64,000 bases of DNA from a virus (lineage: Duplodnaviria > Caudoviricetes): the IMG/VR virus record IMGVR_UViG_3300033121_001593, positions 79,319 to 143,318 of that record; one strand, 5' to 3'. Under the pieces are notes generated by a model. That model made no database searches. It had not been told where the DNA came from and saw only the letters and a program-made list of their open reading frames with translations. This document shows, one piece after another, positions 63,236 to 64,000 of the stretch (position 1 is the stretch's first letter; the number at the start of each line of letters is the position of its first letter). The translations under genes were made by a program, and so were the position numbers.

Positions 63236-64000
63236 ATGACCATCGAATGGACCGCCGAAGCTACCCCCGTATCAGGCTGGACCCGGAAGGCCGAAGGCCG
63301 CGAGCGCAATCGCAAGCTAACAATTTCGTGCGCCTGCCCGGTCGAATGCCCGCTGCTGGCGGACGGCCTGTGCATCCATCGCGCCTGGCTGGGCGCGCTC
63401 CTAAGCCCGCGGTCCTGCGCCTTTGGCCGGCACCATTGGACGACCGGCCTGACGGCGCGTTCCAAGGGGGCCTACGACGAGAACCAAAAGCACCGCGAGC
63501 AGATCGCCGCCCTACGTGACGGGCAAGGCCCGGCCGGCGAATTCGACCCCCGGAGTATGATAATCATCGGGGGATGGGTTATGCTGCCCTATTCCCATAT
63601 GACCCAAATTTCGGGCGTCCCGTGGCTGGAGGCCGGGCACGTCCTAAGCCCCGGCAAGTGCTGGATCAAGTTGGAGGACTTTACGCCCGCCGTCGTTGTC
63701 GCCCTGACCGCCAGCGAGCCGCTGGCCCTCATGGGCGGAACGATCAAAGACTATCGGGCGAAGTCGGTGCCCCGCTTCCTCTACGATCTCAAGCACTGGC
63801 TGCCTGAGGTCTACGCCGCGGCCTGTGAGCTAGCGCCGGCCCTCGGTCCTATGACCGCCGGCCCGGAGTTCTTCGAGAGCGAGCTAATCTCGGTCTCCGC
63901 CCTGAATAGCCCGGACAAGATCGATCAGATCGGCAACGCCAAGATCAGCGGTATGGTTTACGCCCGGCACAATGGCTGGGAGCTAGCGACGGATCACGCC
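63236..64000 (+). CDS. Hypothetical protein, runs off the window
   Basis: MTIEWTAEATPVSGW...; open to the window end; AAAGGA SD. Confidence 0.6.
   Translation, partial: MTIEWTAEATPVSGWTRKAEGRERNRKLTISCACPVECPLLADGLCIHRAWLGALLSPRSCAFGRHHWTTGLTARSKGAYDENQKHREQIAALRDGQGPAGEFDPRSMIIIGGWVMLPYSHMTQISGVPWLEAGHVLSPGKCWIKLEDFTPAVVVALTASEPLALMGGTIKDYRAKSVPRFLYDLKHWLPEVYAAACELAPALGPMTAGPEFFESELISVSALNSPDKIDQIGNAKISGMVYARHNGWELATDHA

Noticed and set aside
1-64000. Integrase, transposase, DNA polymerase, reverse transcriptase or tail module
   Set aside because: No recognisable motifs in this window, so lifestyle and replication mode cannot be assigned.

Overview
This is a 64-kb segment of a high-GC tailed dsDNA phage or prophage. 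A Chloroflexota host is possible but only weakly inferred. The left 13 kb (minus strand) holds the head and packaging module: capsid, decoration protein, DUF2213 protease/scaffold, MuF-like protein, DUF1073 portal and TerL/TerS. It is coupled to a ParB-N + ABC-ATPase/GNAT + formyltransferase cassette that probably modifies DNA. The other ~50 kb is a divergent early/accessory region (switch point ~35.6 kb) with ~100 small ORFs behind ~18 related sigma70-type promoters. It carries an unusually complete RNA-repair/counter-defence kit: Ro60/TROVE with an upstream array of Y-RNA-like elements, RtcB, a CCA-type nucleotidyltransferase-HD enzyme, an RlaP/YcgL-like nucleotidyltransferase and a WGR-PARP. 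The most striking observation is that the 440-aa tRNA 3'-end repair enzyme has no leucine at all and uses only GTG for valine. First genes behind the early promoters are also strongly Leu-depleted, which suggests a translation-rescue strategy against a host defence that inactivates tRNA-Leu. Other notable features are a ~340-nt structured ncRNA candidate under its own promoter, a ~20-unit palindromic array with ~29.7-bp periodicity, a second long structured non-coding block, terminator-gated late operons and an internally deleted ComM-like protein. All calls come from motif recognition by eye; no database searches were run.
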